From positions 10,728,001-10,792,000 of the forward strand of contig NC_086109.1 in assembly GCF_963921235.1 (NCBI RefSeq): a DNA stretch of 64,000 nt, in the 5' to 3' direction. Every line of letters begins with the position of its first letter. Positions within the stretch are counted from its first letter, which is position 1. Positions 49,894-63,100 of the stretch are shown piece by piece. The notes under the pieces were generated by a model, which was not told the DNA's origin, searched no databases, and saw nothing but the letters and a program-made list of their open reading frames with translations. Source of the stretch: Mobula hypostoma (taxonomy: Eukaryota). The position numbers and the translations under genes were made by a program.

Positions 49894-51180
49894 TCGGGCG
49901 TCCTGAAATCCAGAACCTGAAGTCTCTTTTTCCAAAGCTTCTCAAATATTTTCTCTGCTCTTAACATACCTTCACCTCAATCCTTCTAATACTAAATAAA
50001 TATTTATTGGTGACTCACAAAGGTAATATCCGCAGACAGGAGGCTGGAGCAAATATTTGTTGGGCAGGGAGATTGTAACTTCTAAACAGTTTATAGTCTT
50101 TCAAGAACTTTATTTGAACCTACCATATTTATCATCCTTAGTTATAAAGTTCATTTCTGAAACTTGGTTAGCAGTGGCGTTAGAATTTCATCAGTGAGGA
50201 TGATCCATTCCACACGACACAGTTAAACTCTACTGCCCTCTAAATCCGCATCTTCTGCCAGCACTTCTTAGATTTGTTATATAGGAAAAAGTTGTGGCGA
50301 TGCACCGTTCTGTGCTAAATTTTATTTCTCTTCCACGGGATTTTCTTCTCCCTGTCGGCTAAAATGTTTGTACCATTACTGACAGCCTTTCCATCCACTT
50401 TAACTGAGTGATATTTTAAGGAGGGACTAGTCCTCTTCCTCTCAAGTTTTTGTTAAAGTTTTCCGAAAAAATATTGTGGATAGTTTTGTCTCCAGCCAGG
50501 ATCGGTGGAGGATAAAATTCTGTGCTTTCTAAACTGGGGTGGATTCAGTCTCATCGTTCTCCTGCCAACAGGATTAAGTTGATGTGATATTCACAGCTGA
50601 CAGAAGGTGTTAAGTTTGTGTGTCGCACAGCTGGATGCAAGTGCAAGCTGATAGCGTAATGGTTTAAGAAATGGACTCATAGCCAGGGTTCACAGAGGTG
50701 GTTCAAATCCCACCCTTGCAACCAGGGAAATTAAATTCCAGTAACTGAATTAGCCTTGATACTGGTCATTATAAATGAACCAGATATTATAAAATCAGAA
50801 AATGAACAAAAAATGAACAGCTGGCGGAACTCGGGCAACGTCTGTGGAGGGAAATGGACAGGCATTTCGGCTCGAGAGCTTTATAGAGGAGTGAAATATA
50901 GAGGAGTGATGTTCAGTGTAAGGAGACGGTGGGGAAGGGGTGGGGCAATAACTGGATCCAAGCGGGGAGGGATGATAGGCAGATGGAGAGGGGGAGTGGC
51001 AATCACGGTGATGGGCTGTGGATGGTGGAATCTGAGAGGGGAGGAAGGTTGAGCATGGAACCAAATGAGGGAGGTGGGGAGGGCAGATGGGTACAATGGG
51101 GGATAGAGGGGACCCACTAGGAGGAGTTTGGGGGGGGGATAGGCAGATGGGAACAGTGGAGATGGGGGGGAACCCAGTAG

Positions 51181-51365
51181 GAGGAGTTTGTGGGTGATGG
51201 GCAAGTGGAACCAGTGGGGGAGGAGGGACAGTGGGAGGAGTTTGTGGGTGATGGGCAAGTGGAACCAGTGGGGGAGGAGGGACAGTGGGAGGAGTTTGTG
51301 GGTGATGGGCAAGTGGAACCAGTGGGGGAGGAGGGACAGTGGGAGGAGTTTGTGGGTGATGGGCA
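51181..51365. repeat. 54-bp G-rich minisatellite (3 identical copies plus a partial) inside an old minus-strand PLE (~50800-51530)
   Basis: gaggagtttgtgggtgatgggcaagtggaaccagtgggggaggagggacagtgg at 51181, 51235 and 51289, partial at 51343. Confidence 0.95.
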
Positions 51366-52674
51366 GATGGAGAGGGTGGAGGAAAGAAACGGTGATGGGC
51401 CTGCGGTGCGTGTAGGGAGATCAGGAGGAGAGTGAAATCAGGGAGGGGAGCAGGTCACGCAAAATTGGAGGGTCCCGCCTTCATGACACCCAATGCCATT
51501 GGGCTGTAGACTATCAGGGCAGAATATAATTAGGTACAGCAGGTATAGTGCAGCAGCTTTACATAACATTAATACAATGCCAGTGACCCAGGTTCAGTTC
51601 CCGTCACTGTCTGTAAGATGTTCAAACATTCTCCCTGTAACTGAGTGGGTTTCCTCCAGAATTTCTGGTTTCCTCCCCAATTCCAAACACGTACGGGTCA
51701 GTAGGTTAGTTGTTCACTTGAGTGTAATTGGGTGGTGCAGGCTCAATGAGCCAGAAGGGCCAGTATCTCAGAATAAGATACGAGATGCTTTAGTTTGCAT
51801 TTAGCCTGGCCCTGACAGTGAGGAGGCCGAGGGCAGACATCAGTGTGAGAACGGCGCTGGGGGGAGGGGGGGGAATTAGAAGGAAGGATGCAATGCTGTG
51901 GCTTTAAAAGGCATTGGTCAGACCGCGCTCTTCAGTATTGTGAGCAGTTTTGGGCCCCTTACTTAAGAAGGGATGTGCTGAGGGTCCAGAGGAGATTTAT
52001 GAGAACGATTCCGGGAATGAAAGGGTATGAGGAGTGTGGAGAGGATGTTTCCTGTAGTGGGACAGTCTGGGACCGCGGGGACATCCTCAGAATACAAGGA
52101 TGCCCCTACAGTCGGAGGTGAGGCGGTATTTCTTTAGCAAGAGGGTGGTGAATCTGTGAAATTCACTGCTATGGGTGGCTGTGGAGGCCAAGTCATTGGG
52201 TATATCTAACAGTGAGGTGCATAGGTATTGATTAGTGAGGGTGTCAATGGTTACGGGGAGAATGGGGCTGAGCAGAATAATAAATCGGCCATGATAGAGC
52301 GGTAGAGCAGAATTGATGGGCTAAGTGGCCTAATTGTGCTCCCATGCCTTATGACTGGGAACCTGAAGCTCCTAAAGTCCAGGACACATGAAGTACAGGT
52401 GCTCAGTAAGCCCATTACCTAATCCGCGTCTTGCCTCACCAATGTAGGAGGGGCCACATTGAGAGCACAGAATGCAAAGAATAAGATTGGAGCAGATGTT
52501 TTAAAAAAAACCATCTGCTTCTGTTGTGTCCTGCTGGAAGCTCTTAGCTGGTCTTGATGTAACCACACGATGCAAGCAAATGAGAGTCCGTACAAAATAA
52601 CAAAGATATAGTGGACAGTTTGAGGAACGAGAAGCTTTTAATTACCAACAGAAGGCAACTTTAAAAAAACATAA

Positions 52675-53600
52675 GAAAGTTCAAAGTACATATCACCATA
52701 TACAATCCTGAGGTTTGTTTTCTTGCGGGCATACTCAGTAAATCCGAGAACCATAATAGAATCAATGAAAGACCTCACCCAACAGGACAGACAAACAACC
52801 AAATGTAAAAACAAAAGACAACAAACTGTGAAAATAGAAATAATAAAAATAAATAAATAAGCAATGAATATCGAGGACATGAGATGAAGAGTCCTTGAGT
52901 GAGTCCATAGGTTGTGGGAACAATTCAGCGATGGGACAAGTGAAGTTATCCCATTCTGGTTCAAGAGCCTGATGGTTGAGGGCTACCACCTTCCTGATGG
53001 CAGCAGTGAGAAGAGAGCATGAACTGGGCGCTGAAGGGTTCTTGATGATGGATGCTGCTTTCCTGCGACAGAGGAGGGCTTTACCTTTGATGGACTGGGC
53101 TATATCCAGTACTTTTTGTGGGATTTTCCATTCAAGGGCAGTGGTGCTTCCATACCAGGCTGTGACGCAGCCAGTCAATGTGCTTTCCACCACATCTGTA
53201 TAAGCTTGTCAAAGTATTAAAAATCATGTGAATCTTCACAAACTTCGAAGGAAGTAGAGGTGGCTGTGCTTTCTTTGTAATTGCACTCACGAGCTGGGCC
53301 GAGGACAGATTCTCTGAAATGATAACGCAGAAGAATTTGAAGTTGCTGCCCTCTCCACCTTTTGATCCCTCAGTAAGTACTGGCTCACGGACCTCTGATT
53401 TCCTCCTCCTGAACTCAGTAATCTGCTCTTTGGCCTTGCTGACATTGAGTGAGGGGGTGTTGTTGTGGCATCACTCAGACATATTTTCAATCTCCCTCCC
53501 ATCTGCTGATTCGTCATCTCCTTTGATTCGGCCAAAAACAGTGGTGTCGTCAACAAACTTAAATATGGCATTGCTAGCTGTGCTTAGCCACACAGTCATA
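52675..53600 (-). mobile_element. Rex1-type LINE 3' fragment, degenerate
   Basis: VESTLTGCVTAWYG...RRKAASIIK; tail reads aaagttcaaagt on the plus strand. Confidence 0.8.
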
Positions 53601-53609
53601 AGAAATGAT

Positions 53610-55390
53610 GAAATCTGAAGGTAAGCTAGCCAATAATATGAAAGAGGATACCAAAAGTTCTTCCAGATGTATGTGTAAAGACTGAAAAAGAGTGGATTTT
53701 GGTCTGCTGGAAAATGACACTGGAGAGGTAGTAATGGGGGACCGAGAAATTGTGCACAAACTCAATAAATAGTTAGCATCAGTCTTTACTGTGGAGGATA
53801 CCAGCAGAATGCCAGAAATTCGAGAGTGTCAGGGGGCAGAAGTAAGTGATTTTGCTGTTACAAAGGAGAACGTACTAGGGAAGCTGAAAGTTAAGAAGGT
53901 TGATAATTCACCTGGACTGGATCGGCTACACCAGGATTTTTGAAAGAGGTTGCTGAAATGGAGGCATGAGTAATGATCTTTCAAGAATCATTAGATCCTA
54001 GAATGGCTCCAGAGGATTAGAAAATTGCAAATTTCACTCCACTCTTTAAGAAGGGAAGGAGGCAGAAGAAAGGAAGAAAATATTGGCCAGTTAACCTGCC
54101 TTCAGTGCTGAGGAATATGTTGGAGTCCATGGAGGTGCATGATAAAATAGGCCAAGTCAGCATGGTCTCCTTAAGGGGAAATCTTGCCCGCCAAATCTGT
54201 TGAAATTCTTTGAAGGAATAACGGCAGGATGGACAAAGGAAAATCAGTGGATGTTGCTTGCTTGGATTTTCAGAAGGCCTTTGACAAGGTGCCACACCTG
54301 AGGCTGTTTAAGAAGATAAGAGCCCATGGTACTACAGTAAGGATACTAGCATGGATAGAAGATTGGCTGAAGAGCAGGATACACAGGGTGGGAATAAAGG
54401 AGGCCTATTCTGGTTGGTTACTGGTGACTAGTGGTGTTCCACAAGGGTCGGTATTGGGAACACTTTTTTCATTATATGTCAACCATTTGGATGATGGAAT
54501 TACTGGTTTTCTAGCCAAGTTTGCAGAAGGGTGGAAGGCCAGGTAGTGTTGAGTAAGCAGGGAGTCTGCAGAAGGACTTGAATGGATTGGGAGAATGGGC
54601 AAAGAAGTGGCAGATGGAATATAGTGTATGGAAGTGTATGATCATGCACTTTGCTGGAAGGAATTAAATGGGGAGAAAATTCAGATGTGCAAAGGGCCCT
54701 GGGAGCCCTCGTGCAGGACTCCCTAAAAGTTAGCTTGCTGGTTGAGTTGCTGGTAAGGAAGGCAAATGCAATATTAGCATTGAGAGGACTAGAATATAGG
54801 AGCAAGGATGTGATGCTGAGATTTATAAGGCATTGGTCAGACCATGCGGAGTATTGTAAGCAGCATTGGGCACCTTATCCAAGAAAAGATGGAGAGAGAC
54901 CAGGGGAGTTTCATGAGAATGATTCAGGGAATGAAGATTTTAATGTATGAGGACTGTTTGATGGTTGTGTATGAGGACTGTACTTTTGCTGGAGTTTAGA
55001 AGAATGACGAGGGATTTCATTGGAACCTATCGAATATTGAAAGGCTCAGACAGAGTGGATGTGAAGAGATGTTTCCTATAGTGGGGAAGTCTAGGACCAG
55101 AGAGCACAGCCTCAGGATAGAGAGATATCCATTTAGGACAGAGAAGAGAAGGAATTTCTTTAGCCAGAGGGTGGTGAATCTGTGGAATTCATTGCCATAG
55201 ATGGCTGTGGAGGCCAAATCGTTGCGTATACTTAAAGCGGAGGTTGATAATTTCTTAGTTCATGAGGGCATCAATGGTAACGGGGAGAAGGCAGGAGAAT
55301 GGGGGTGAGAGAGATAATAAATCAGCCATGATGGAATAGCGGAGCAGACTCAATGGGCCGAGTGGCCTAATTCTGCTCCCATCTCTTATT
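53610..55390 (+). mobile_element. Degenerate CR1 ORF2 (tether, RT, 3'UTR)
   Basis: DKGKSVDVACLDFQKAFDKVPH, VTSGVPQGSVLG, CR1 3' stem gagcagactcaatgggccgagtggcctaattctgctc; many stops. Confidence 0.9.
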
Positions 55391-55884
55391 GTCCTATGCA
55401 CAGCAGCACCTCCACATCCACAGATGGCTGAGGATGCTCGGCATAACCCTCATCAATTTTCATAGACGCACCACAGAAAGGATTCTATCTGCATGCATCA
55501 CAACTCGGTGCCCACCTCCTCTGTCCCCAAGACTGCAAGACTGTGCAGAGAGTTGTGGTCGTGGCCCAGTCTCTAATGGAAACCAGCTATCCCTCTATTG
55601 ACTTAATAAAAGATCACAAGGCATAAGTTAACAGAAGGTCAGAATAAGTACTCCACTTCCTGCAGCCTCTTCCCTCTCCTTGCTTCCCACTGCTTTGGGA
55701 AAGCAGCCAACATAATGAAAGGCCCCTCCCTTCCCAGACCATTGTCTCTTCTCTCCCCCCACATCCCAAAGGAAGAAGATACAAAACGTTGAAAACATGT
55801 GCAACAATGCTCAAGGACAGCTTCTGTACCGCTCTTGTACAATGAAGGTGAACTCTTGATCTTTCCGTCTACCTTGTTGTAGTC

Positions 55885-56470
55885 CTTCAAGGCCTAAAGA
55901 CGGACACTTCACCTGAAAGTCTGTTGGAGTCATCTATTACATCTGGCGTTCTCGGTGTGGCAACCCAATGTAGATCGAGGGACTGCTTTATCGAGCACCT
56001 TTGCTGCATCCGCCACAAAAGGCAAGGTTTCCCATTGGCCACCCGTTTCATTTCAACTTCCCATTCCGACATGTCGATCCATGGCATCACGATGAGGCCA
56101 CTCTCAGATTGGAGAAGCAATACCTCATATTCCATCTGAGCGGCCTACACCCTGACATGATGACATGAACATTGATTTCTCTAACTTCTGTTCATCGTCT
56201 CCCGCCCCCCCCCATGGTCTGTTGTCTTCTCCTTCCCCCAGGTGGGTGGGGGAGGGAGGGAGGGATAAAGTAAGAAGCTGGGAGGTGATAGGTGGAGAAG
56301 GTAAAGGGCTGAAGAAGGAGGAATCTGATAGGAGAGGAGAGCGGACTATGGGAGAAAGGGAAGGAGGTAATGGGCAGGTGAGGAGAAGAAGAGGTAAGAG
56401 AGAAGCCAAAGTGAGGAATGGAAAAAGAGGGAAAGCAGAGGGGGAGAAATTAGAGAAATCTATGTTTATA
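55885..56470. mobile_element. Old PLE GIY-YIG fragment joined to an inverted pseudo-LTR fragment
   Basis: DCFIEHLCCIRHKRQGFPLATRFISTSHSDMSIHG; catgaacattgatttctctaactt is mirrored by aaattagagaaatctatgtttat near 56447-56470. Confidence 0.7.
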
Positions 56471-58071
56471 CCTTTGCACTCCGTTTACAGCTGCCTTTGA
56501 ACTGAGAAAAATACAGTAAATTTAAATCGGGAAGGAGGTACAGGAGCCTTGGGTCCAACAGTGGCAGGTCGAGGAATCAGTCAGTACCCTTCAACCATCA
56601 AGCTGATGAGCCAAAGTGGATAACTTCATTCGCCACAACACTGAGCTGATCACTGAACACAACCAATGGACTCACGTTCAATGACTCTACAACTCATGTT
56701 CTCAGTGTTGTTATTGGATTTTCGTCTTTTCTCAGCTCAAGCTGGTAAAACCTGAGGTATGGGTATGGCCAAACACAGTCATTTCTCAATTGCTAGGAAC
56801 TTTCGGACTGTGTTAGTGGAGTTTAGTATTGTGGCTTTCTGAAGTATTGCTGTGTAGGCCTAATTGTTTAATGCTATTCTGTAGTGACTTTGGAATAATG
56901 CCAGTTGTAGATATTGCTATTGGGATAATGCATATACCCTGTTCATGTTCCATAGTATAATTATTATTTTTAGTGTTTGCTCAGTTTGTCCTGCATATCG
57001 GTAGTTTTTCATTGATTCTGTTGAATTTCTATGCTCTACTGTGAATGCCTGCAAGAAAATGAATCTCAGGGTAGTACGTGGTAATGTACAGTTATACGTA
57101 CTTTGATAATAAATTTACCTTGAACTTTGTAAACATTTTAACGTGAAGTCATTTCTATTTTCCATTTTGTTATTGCATATATAATCGCCAAATGAACACA
57201 ATAATTTAAAGTGGGGAGCATGTTTATACTTGATTGGTGCATTTAAATTTCGACATGATTATTGTATAAAGCATTTAATGCAGTTCTCTCATTCATAAGT
57301 CACCTCTCTGCTCCCTACTTAACTCTAAAATTCAGAACAATCACTGTTAAATAAATGCCTAAAAATTGTTTTATTTATGAAGATTATTAAAGTCCAACAA
57401 TTGAGTTCTGCTAAGGCTATTTACAACACTGATGTTTAACTGAAATCAATACTGGAACCTGTATCCATTGAGAACGTTACGCCAGAGTTTTTTGTTCTAA
57501 TGAAAGCCAAATTTGCTTTTGCACAATGTGATCTCCAAAAGCATTTCAACAGAATTGAGTAGATTACAATCATGAAGTAAAGACGAAATCGGAAGGAAAC
57601 TTCCAGGGACTGTGAAAATGCGGTTAAAATTAAAAGTGTGTGAGTTACTGAGTGAATTATCAGTAGGATGCTTCCTCAAGCCTTGCTGATACAGTCCCCC
57701 GTCCCCATGAGAGTTACTATTGAAATGCATGAGTGATGCTAAGTGAGTTAAACCACAAAATCCAAAAAGGTTAGAGTAGATTCCTTAATGAATTTCTATT
57801 TGTACAATTAAATCGTGATCTCTGCTAAGCACCTCTGGCACTGAGATCAGTCTTTAACGAATGTTGAGTCATGAGGTCGTTGAATAAAACTGCATAGAAA
57901 CAGCTCTTCGGCTGAACTCCATGGCTATCTTTATTCATTATTATTTACTTTTAATATTCCTTATTGTAACTTATAGCAATTTTTATATATTGCTTTGTAG
58001 CACTGCTGCAAAACAAGTTCCAGGGCATATGTCAGTGATAACGAATCTGCTTCTGACCAAGATGTCCAATT

Positions 58072-58490
58072 AGACCATTAGAGATAGGAGCAGAGGCCAT
58101 TTGGCTCGTCGAGTCTGCTCTGCCATTTTATCATGGCTGATCCGTTTTCCCTCTCAGCACCAATCTCCCGCCTTCCCCGGGTATCCTTTCATGCCCTGCC
58201 TCATCAAGCATATCTGCCTTAAATATGCCCAATGACCTGGCCTCCATAGCCGCCTGTGGCAAGGAATTCCACAGATTCACCACTCTCTGCCTAAGGAAAT
58301 TCCTCCTCATCTCCGTTCTGACTGGATGTTCCTCAATTCTGAGGCTGTGTCCTCTGGTCTTAGACTCCCCCCACCGTAGGAAACAGTCAGTCTATTAAGG
58401 CCTTTCCACATTTGATAGATTTCAATGAAATCCCTCCTCATACTTCTGAATTCTAGAGAGTATGGGCCCAGAGCCATCAAACATTCCTCA
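58072..58490 (-). mobile_element. CR1 LINE 3' fragment
   Basis: gaattccacagattcaccactct and the CR1 terminal stem in reverse complement. Confidence 0.8.
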
Positions 58491-60060
58491 TTAAGTGCTG
58501 GCCACTAATGCTGGACCTATGGCCTAACAAATCTCTATGGTGGCACATAGGTACTCTGACAATTGACTTTGACTTTGAATATATATATAAAGAAAGGTTT
58601 AGTCAATCAGACATCCTTTAAAAATATTTTAAATTTCTGATGGAAGTTATGATAAAAAGGAATTAAGTTGTTTTTAAACTTTTATCTCTTCTATTTTTTA
58701 CTTTTTTTGCTCTCTGTATATGAATGTTCACAGAATTAATTCTGTTTACAATTGTCCTAGCTTCATTCTGGCTGCCTTGCTCACAGGTGCCTCATCGTTC
58801 ATAGGGAGCAGTGTGTGGAAATGGCTCCCTAATAATCCGACAGCATATTGAAGGAGCGAGTAATCGCACTGTGTGTGCACGCAGAAAGTTTTGGGCCATT
58901 GTTGCCCCGCTCAAGTTACGGGGGAGGACAAAGCGCCTTCAAAAGGAATCTTCTTAGCCGCATAGTTCTGGTGGGAAGAATTTTCGCAGGTCCCTTAATG
59001 CTCGCAGCGACATTGGCAGTTGTCACTATGGATTTTGCACGCCGGATACCAAAGTTTAGCCGGCGTTCCCACGAAACACAAAATGCACCCGGTCACCCTT
59101 TCAAAGAGCGTGTGACATTTTTGTGTTTTATTTCACTTGAAATCCATAATTCTTCAGAAATTGCTTTGAAAGGTGGTAGTCCTTTAATCCTTTAATTGAA
59201 GCAGTTTGAAAACGGCTCTGGATTATTCGACCCTTGTTTTATTTTCAGCTGTCCTTTCCTTGGTTGAGCTAAAAGAGGCTTTTGCAGTCCCCCTCCCTTT
59301 GCTCCCCAACGCCTCCCCAGACTCATTCTTTCCTCTCACCACCAACTGTGGTCCTAAACCCCTCTGTGAACACCCATCTTTTGACAAACCTTTGGTATTG
59401 TTTGCAAATGTGGTCAGTGTTACTGTGCACTCACTATGAAAAGGACACCAGCCAGTACACTTGTTTTCCCTTCTCCCCCTAGCGTCCTCCACCCTCTGGG
59501 TGGGGAGGGATAAATTCCATACCCCCTCCTCTTTTAGACTCCCCCTATCCCATAAAATGTACCATGGAAAAGTTGCACTGGCACTTGGTCAGATATGTGA
59601 CCTGAACTTGTGCTCCTGAACAATGCAAACCCTGACCTGGCCTCTTCTGACCCTTCCAGTCTCCCACTGAGGGCCCAGCGGTGACATGTGTGGAAAAAGA
59701 AATTCAGTGGGCTGCTGTCACGTGAATTCGAACCGTGCCTTATCGTGCCTGAACGCTGCATTGTAGAAGTGTGGTGACTGGAGACTTATTACATATTCAC
59801 TGATTTTAAAACCACACCCACTAGTTCATTCGGTATGCCTGATAAACTTTATTTGCTTGGAGATGGAGCCTGGATCAGGACCTTCCGGCCCAATGAGCCC
59901 GCACTGCCCAGCAACTCACCTACTTAGCCCCAGCCTAATCTCAGGACAATTTACAATGACCAATTAACCTATTAGCTTACTCCTGCCTGTAGCTAGCGTT
60001 GGTATATAAGCTATTTAATTATATGTACTGTATATTTTTTATAATTAACTATCATATTAA

Positions 60061-60748
60061 TCGGAGGGGAGGAGAGGATGGCGGCACAATGCAGCGTGCA
60101 TGGCCGCTCCGAAATGGTATCGGTATTTGTAAGTAGGTACCGTGCACAATCCTGATTTGATGGAGACAGACGTGAGAAGCACGGAGGAACAGCTGGAGAA
60201 ACTTCTGAAATGTCTACTTCGCTGCCGCTGCTACTGTGCGATCGAGAATCTCCGGAGGGGAAGGTCCCAAATCCTCGGCTTTGCCTATAGCCTTTTGCCG
60301 GGGCTGGGGTCAAAGCGCTCGGCAGAGACGGTGCTCGGTGTCGGAGGGCTGGTTTGAGGCTCGAAGTTTTCGGACGGACTCAAGAGTTGGCTGTGGTCGG
60401 GTGCTTCCAGGGTGCTGCATCGGCAAGTTTGCGGCGCTGGAGGTTCATGGCAGGGAGAGAGTTTCTCTTCCTTCTACCGTCTGCGTGAGATGATGGGACT
60501 TTTGAGAGACTTTGAGACTCTTTTTTTCACCGTGCCCATGGTCTGTTCTTTATCAAATTACAGTATTGCTTTGTACTGTTGTAACTATATGTTATAATTA
60601 TGTGGTTATTGTCAGTTTTTTTAGTCTTGGTTTGTCTTGTGTTTCTGTGATATCATACTGGAGGAGCACTGTATCGTTTCTTAATGAATGCATTACTATA
60701 TGACAATAAAAGAGGACTGTGTGTCCTCATAATCTAATCTAATCTAAT
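60061..60748 (+). mobile_element. Probable non-autonomous retroelement, CpG-rich, (atcta)n tail
   Basis: Abrupt GC/CpG-rich start (ggatggcggc), tgacaataaa signal, aatctaatctaatctaat tail, possible short TSD atatta. Confidence 0.6.
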
Positions 60749-60866
60749 ATTAGTACAATTTTGTTAATTTTCTTTAACCATACGCTGGAAGTGGAGGGGA
60801 TGTTTTCAATAGCGAGAAAGTCCAGGAGCAGAGAGCACTGCCTCAGAACAGGACATCCCTTTAGAA

Positions 60867-60947
60867 CAAGGGTTCCCAGCCTGGGGTCCACATACTCCTC
60901 AATTAATTGTAGGGGTCCATGGCATAAAAAAGGTTGGGGAACCCCTG
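60867..60947. mobile_element. 81-bp hAT (Charlie-like) MITE
   Basis: TIRs caagggttccc / gggaacccctg; perfect 8-bp TSD ctttagaa (60859-60866 / 60948-60955). Confidence 0.88.
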
Positions 60948-61129
60948 CTTTAGAAGAATGATGAGGAGGACTGGCCAGGCCTGGCTCATGAAGTGTAGGG
61001 TTTAAAGGTCCAATTGGCCCTTCCCAACACTAAGTTGCCTACCTGGTAACTCAATAGCTTTCCCTTGAGCTGTATCCCTTGGACTTCATTGACCACATCC
61101 ATGCTTTCAGTCGCTAATCCTTAAAAGAA

Positions 61130-63100
61130 TGGAGGGGAGGGGAGAGTCTCATTGAAACCTACTGAATGCTGAAAGGCCTGGATAGAGTGGGTGTGGAGAG
61201 GATATTTCCTGAAGTGGGAGCGTCTAGGAACCAAGGGCACAATCTCAGAAAACAAGAATGTCGCTTTAGAATAGAGATGTGGAGGAATTTCTCTGAGCCA
61301 GAGGGTGGTGAATCTATGGAATTCATTGCCTCAGACAGCTGTGGAGGTCAACTCATTGGGCATATTTCCAAAGCCTTTGACACCTTGACTAACCTAGGTT
61401 AGTCAAGGTGTCAAAGGCTTTGGAAAGAAGGTGGAAGAATAAAGTGTAAAGGAGAGTTGAGAATAGATATTTGACCGCTGGAAAGTGATGCTGGAGAGGT
61501 AGTAATGGGGGACAATGAAATAGTGGAGGAACCGAATTATTTTGCATCAGACTTCACTGTGGAAGACACTAGCAGTTACGGCGGAAGTTCCAGATGCCAT
61601 GAAGTGTGTAAAATTGCCATAACTTAGAGAGAAGGTTGTTGGGAAACTGAAAAGTTTGAAGACACCTGGGCAAGATGGTATACACCTCAGAGTTCTGAAA
61701 GAGGTGGCTGACGAGATCTTGGAGGCACTAGTAATAATCTTGCAAAAATCACTAGATTCTTGAATGGTTCCGGAAGACTGAAAAATTGTAAATGTCTCTC
61801 CACTCTTTTAAGAAGGGAGAGAGGCAGAAGAAAGGAAACTATAGGCCAGTTAGTCTGACCTCTGTGGTTAGGAAGATGTCACTCCACTCTTTAAGAAGGC
61901 AGGAAGCAAAGAGTGGCAACATAGAGAGCCTTTTCTGGCTGGCTGCCGGTGATTAGTGGTGTTCCACTGGGGTCTGTATTGGGACCAATTCTTTTTGCGT
62001 TATGATTAAGATGATGAAATTGATGGCTTTGTTGCAAAGTTTGCAGACAATATGAAGAGAGATGGAGGGGAAGGTAGTTTTGAGGAAGTAGAGAGGCTCC
62101 AGAAGGACTTAGACATTAGGAGAATGGGCAAAGAAAATGCAGATGGAATACAGTGTTGGGAAGTGTATGGTCATGCACTTTGGTAGAAGAAATGAAGGGT
62201 TCACAGTTTTCTAAATGGAGAGAAAATACAAAAACCAAGGTGTAAGAGGACTTGGGAGTTCTTGTGCAGGATTCCCTAAAGGCTAATTTGCAAGTTGAGT
62301 CTGTGGTGAGGAAGACAAATGTGATGTTAGCATCCATTTCAATAGGTCTAGAACATGAAAGCAAGAGTGTAATGTTGAGACTTTATAAAACACTAGTAAG
62401 GCTTCACTTAAAGTACTGTGAGTCCCCTTAGAAAGGACGTGCTGAACTGGAGAGGGTTTAAGGGAGGTTCATGAATATGATTCCAGGATTGAATGTCTTG
62501 TCATCTCTTTCCCCTCCTCCCCAACCCTTTACATTGAACATCTGTCCTCTATATTTAAATTCAGATGAAGGCTCTTGAGCTGAAATGTCTGTCGGCTAAT
62601 GGCTACAGGCTTGTATTCGCAAGGATTCAGAAGAGTGAGGGGGAAAGCCTTGATAGAGCAGATGTGAAGAGGATGTTTCCGATGATGGGGGAGTCTAAGA
62701 CCAGGGACACAGCCTCAGAATAGAGGGGTGCCCTTTTAGAATGGAAGTGAGGAGGAATTTCTTCAGCCAGGGAGTGGCAAATCAGTGGAATTCTTTGCCA
62801 CAGGCTGCTGTGGAGGCCAAGTCTTTATGTATATTTAAGGCAGATGTTGATAGATTCTTGATTAGTCAGTGTACGAAGGGATATGGGGAGAAGGCAGGAG
62901 GTTGGGGCTAAGAGGAAAATTGCATCAGTCATGATGAGATGGTGGAACAGACTCGATGGGCCGAATGGCCTAATTCTGCTCTTATATCTTATGGTCTTAA
63001 TGGGGTTGAGAGGGAAAATAAATCAGGCGTGATTGAATGGCAGAGCAGACTCAATGGGTGAAATAGTCTATTTTTGCTCCCATGTCTTATGGTCTTATAA
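61130..63100 (+). mobile_element. Nested degenerate CR1 fragments
   Basis: LKGLDRVGVERIFP, aactataggccagttagtctgacc (NYRPVSLT), two successive CR1 3' ends near 63000 and 63097. Confidence 0.85.
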
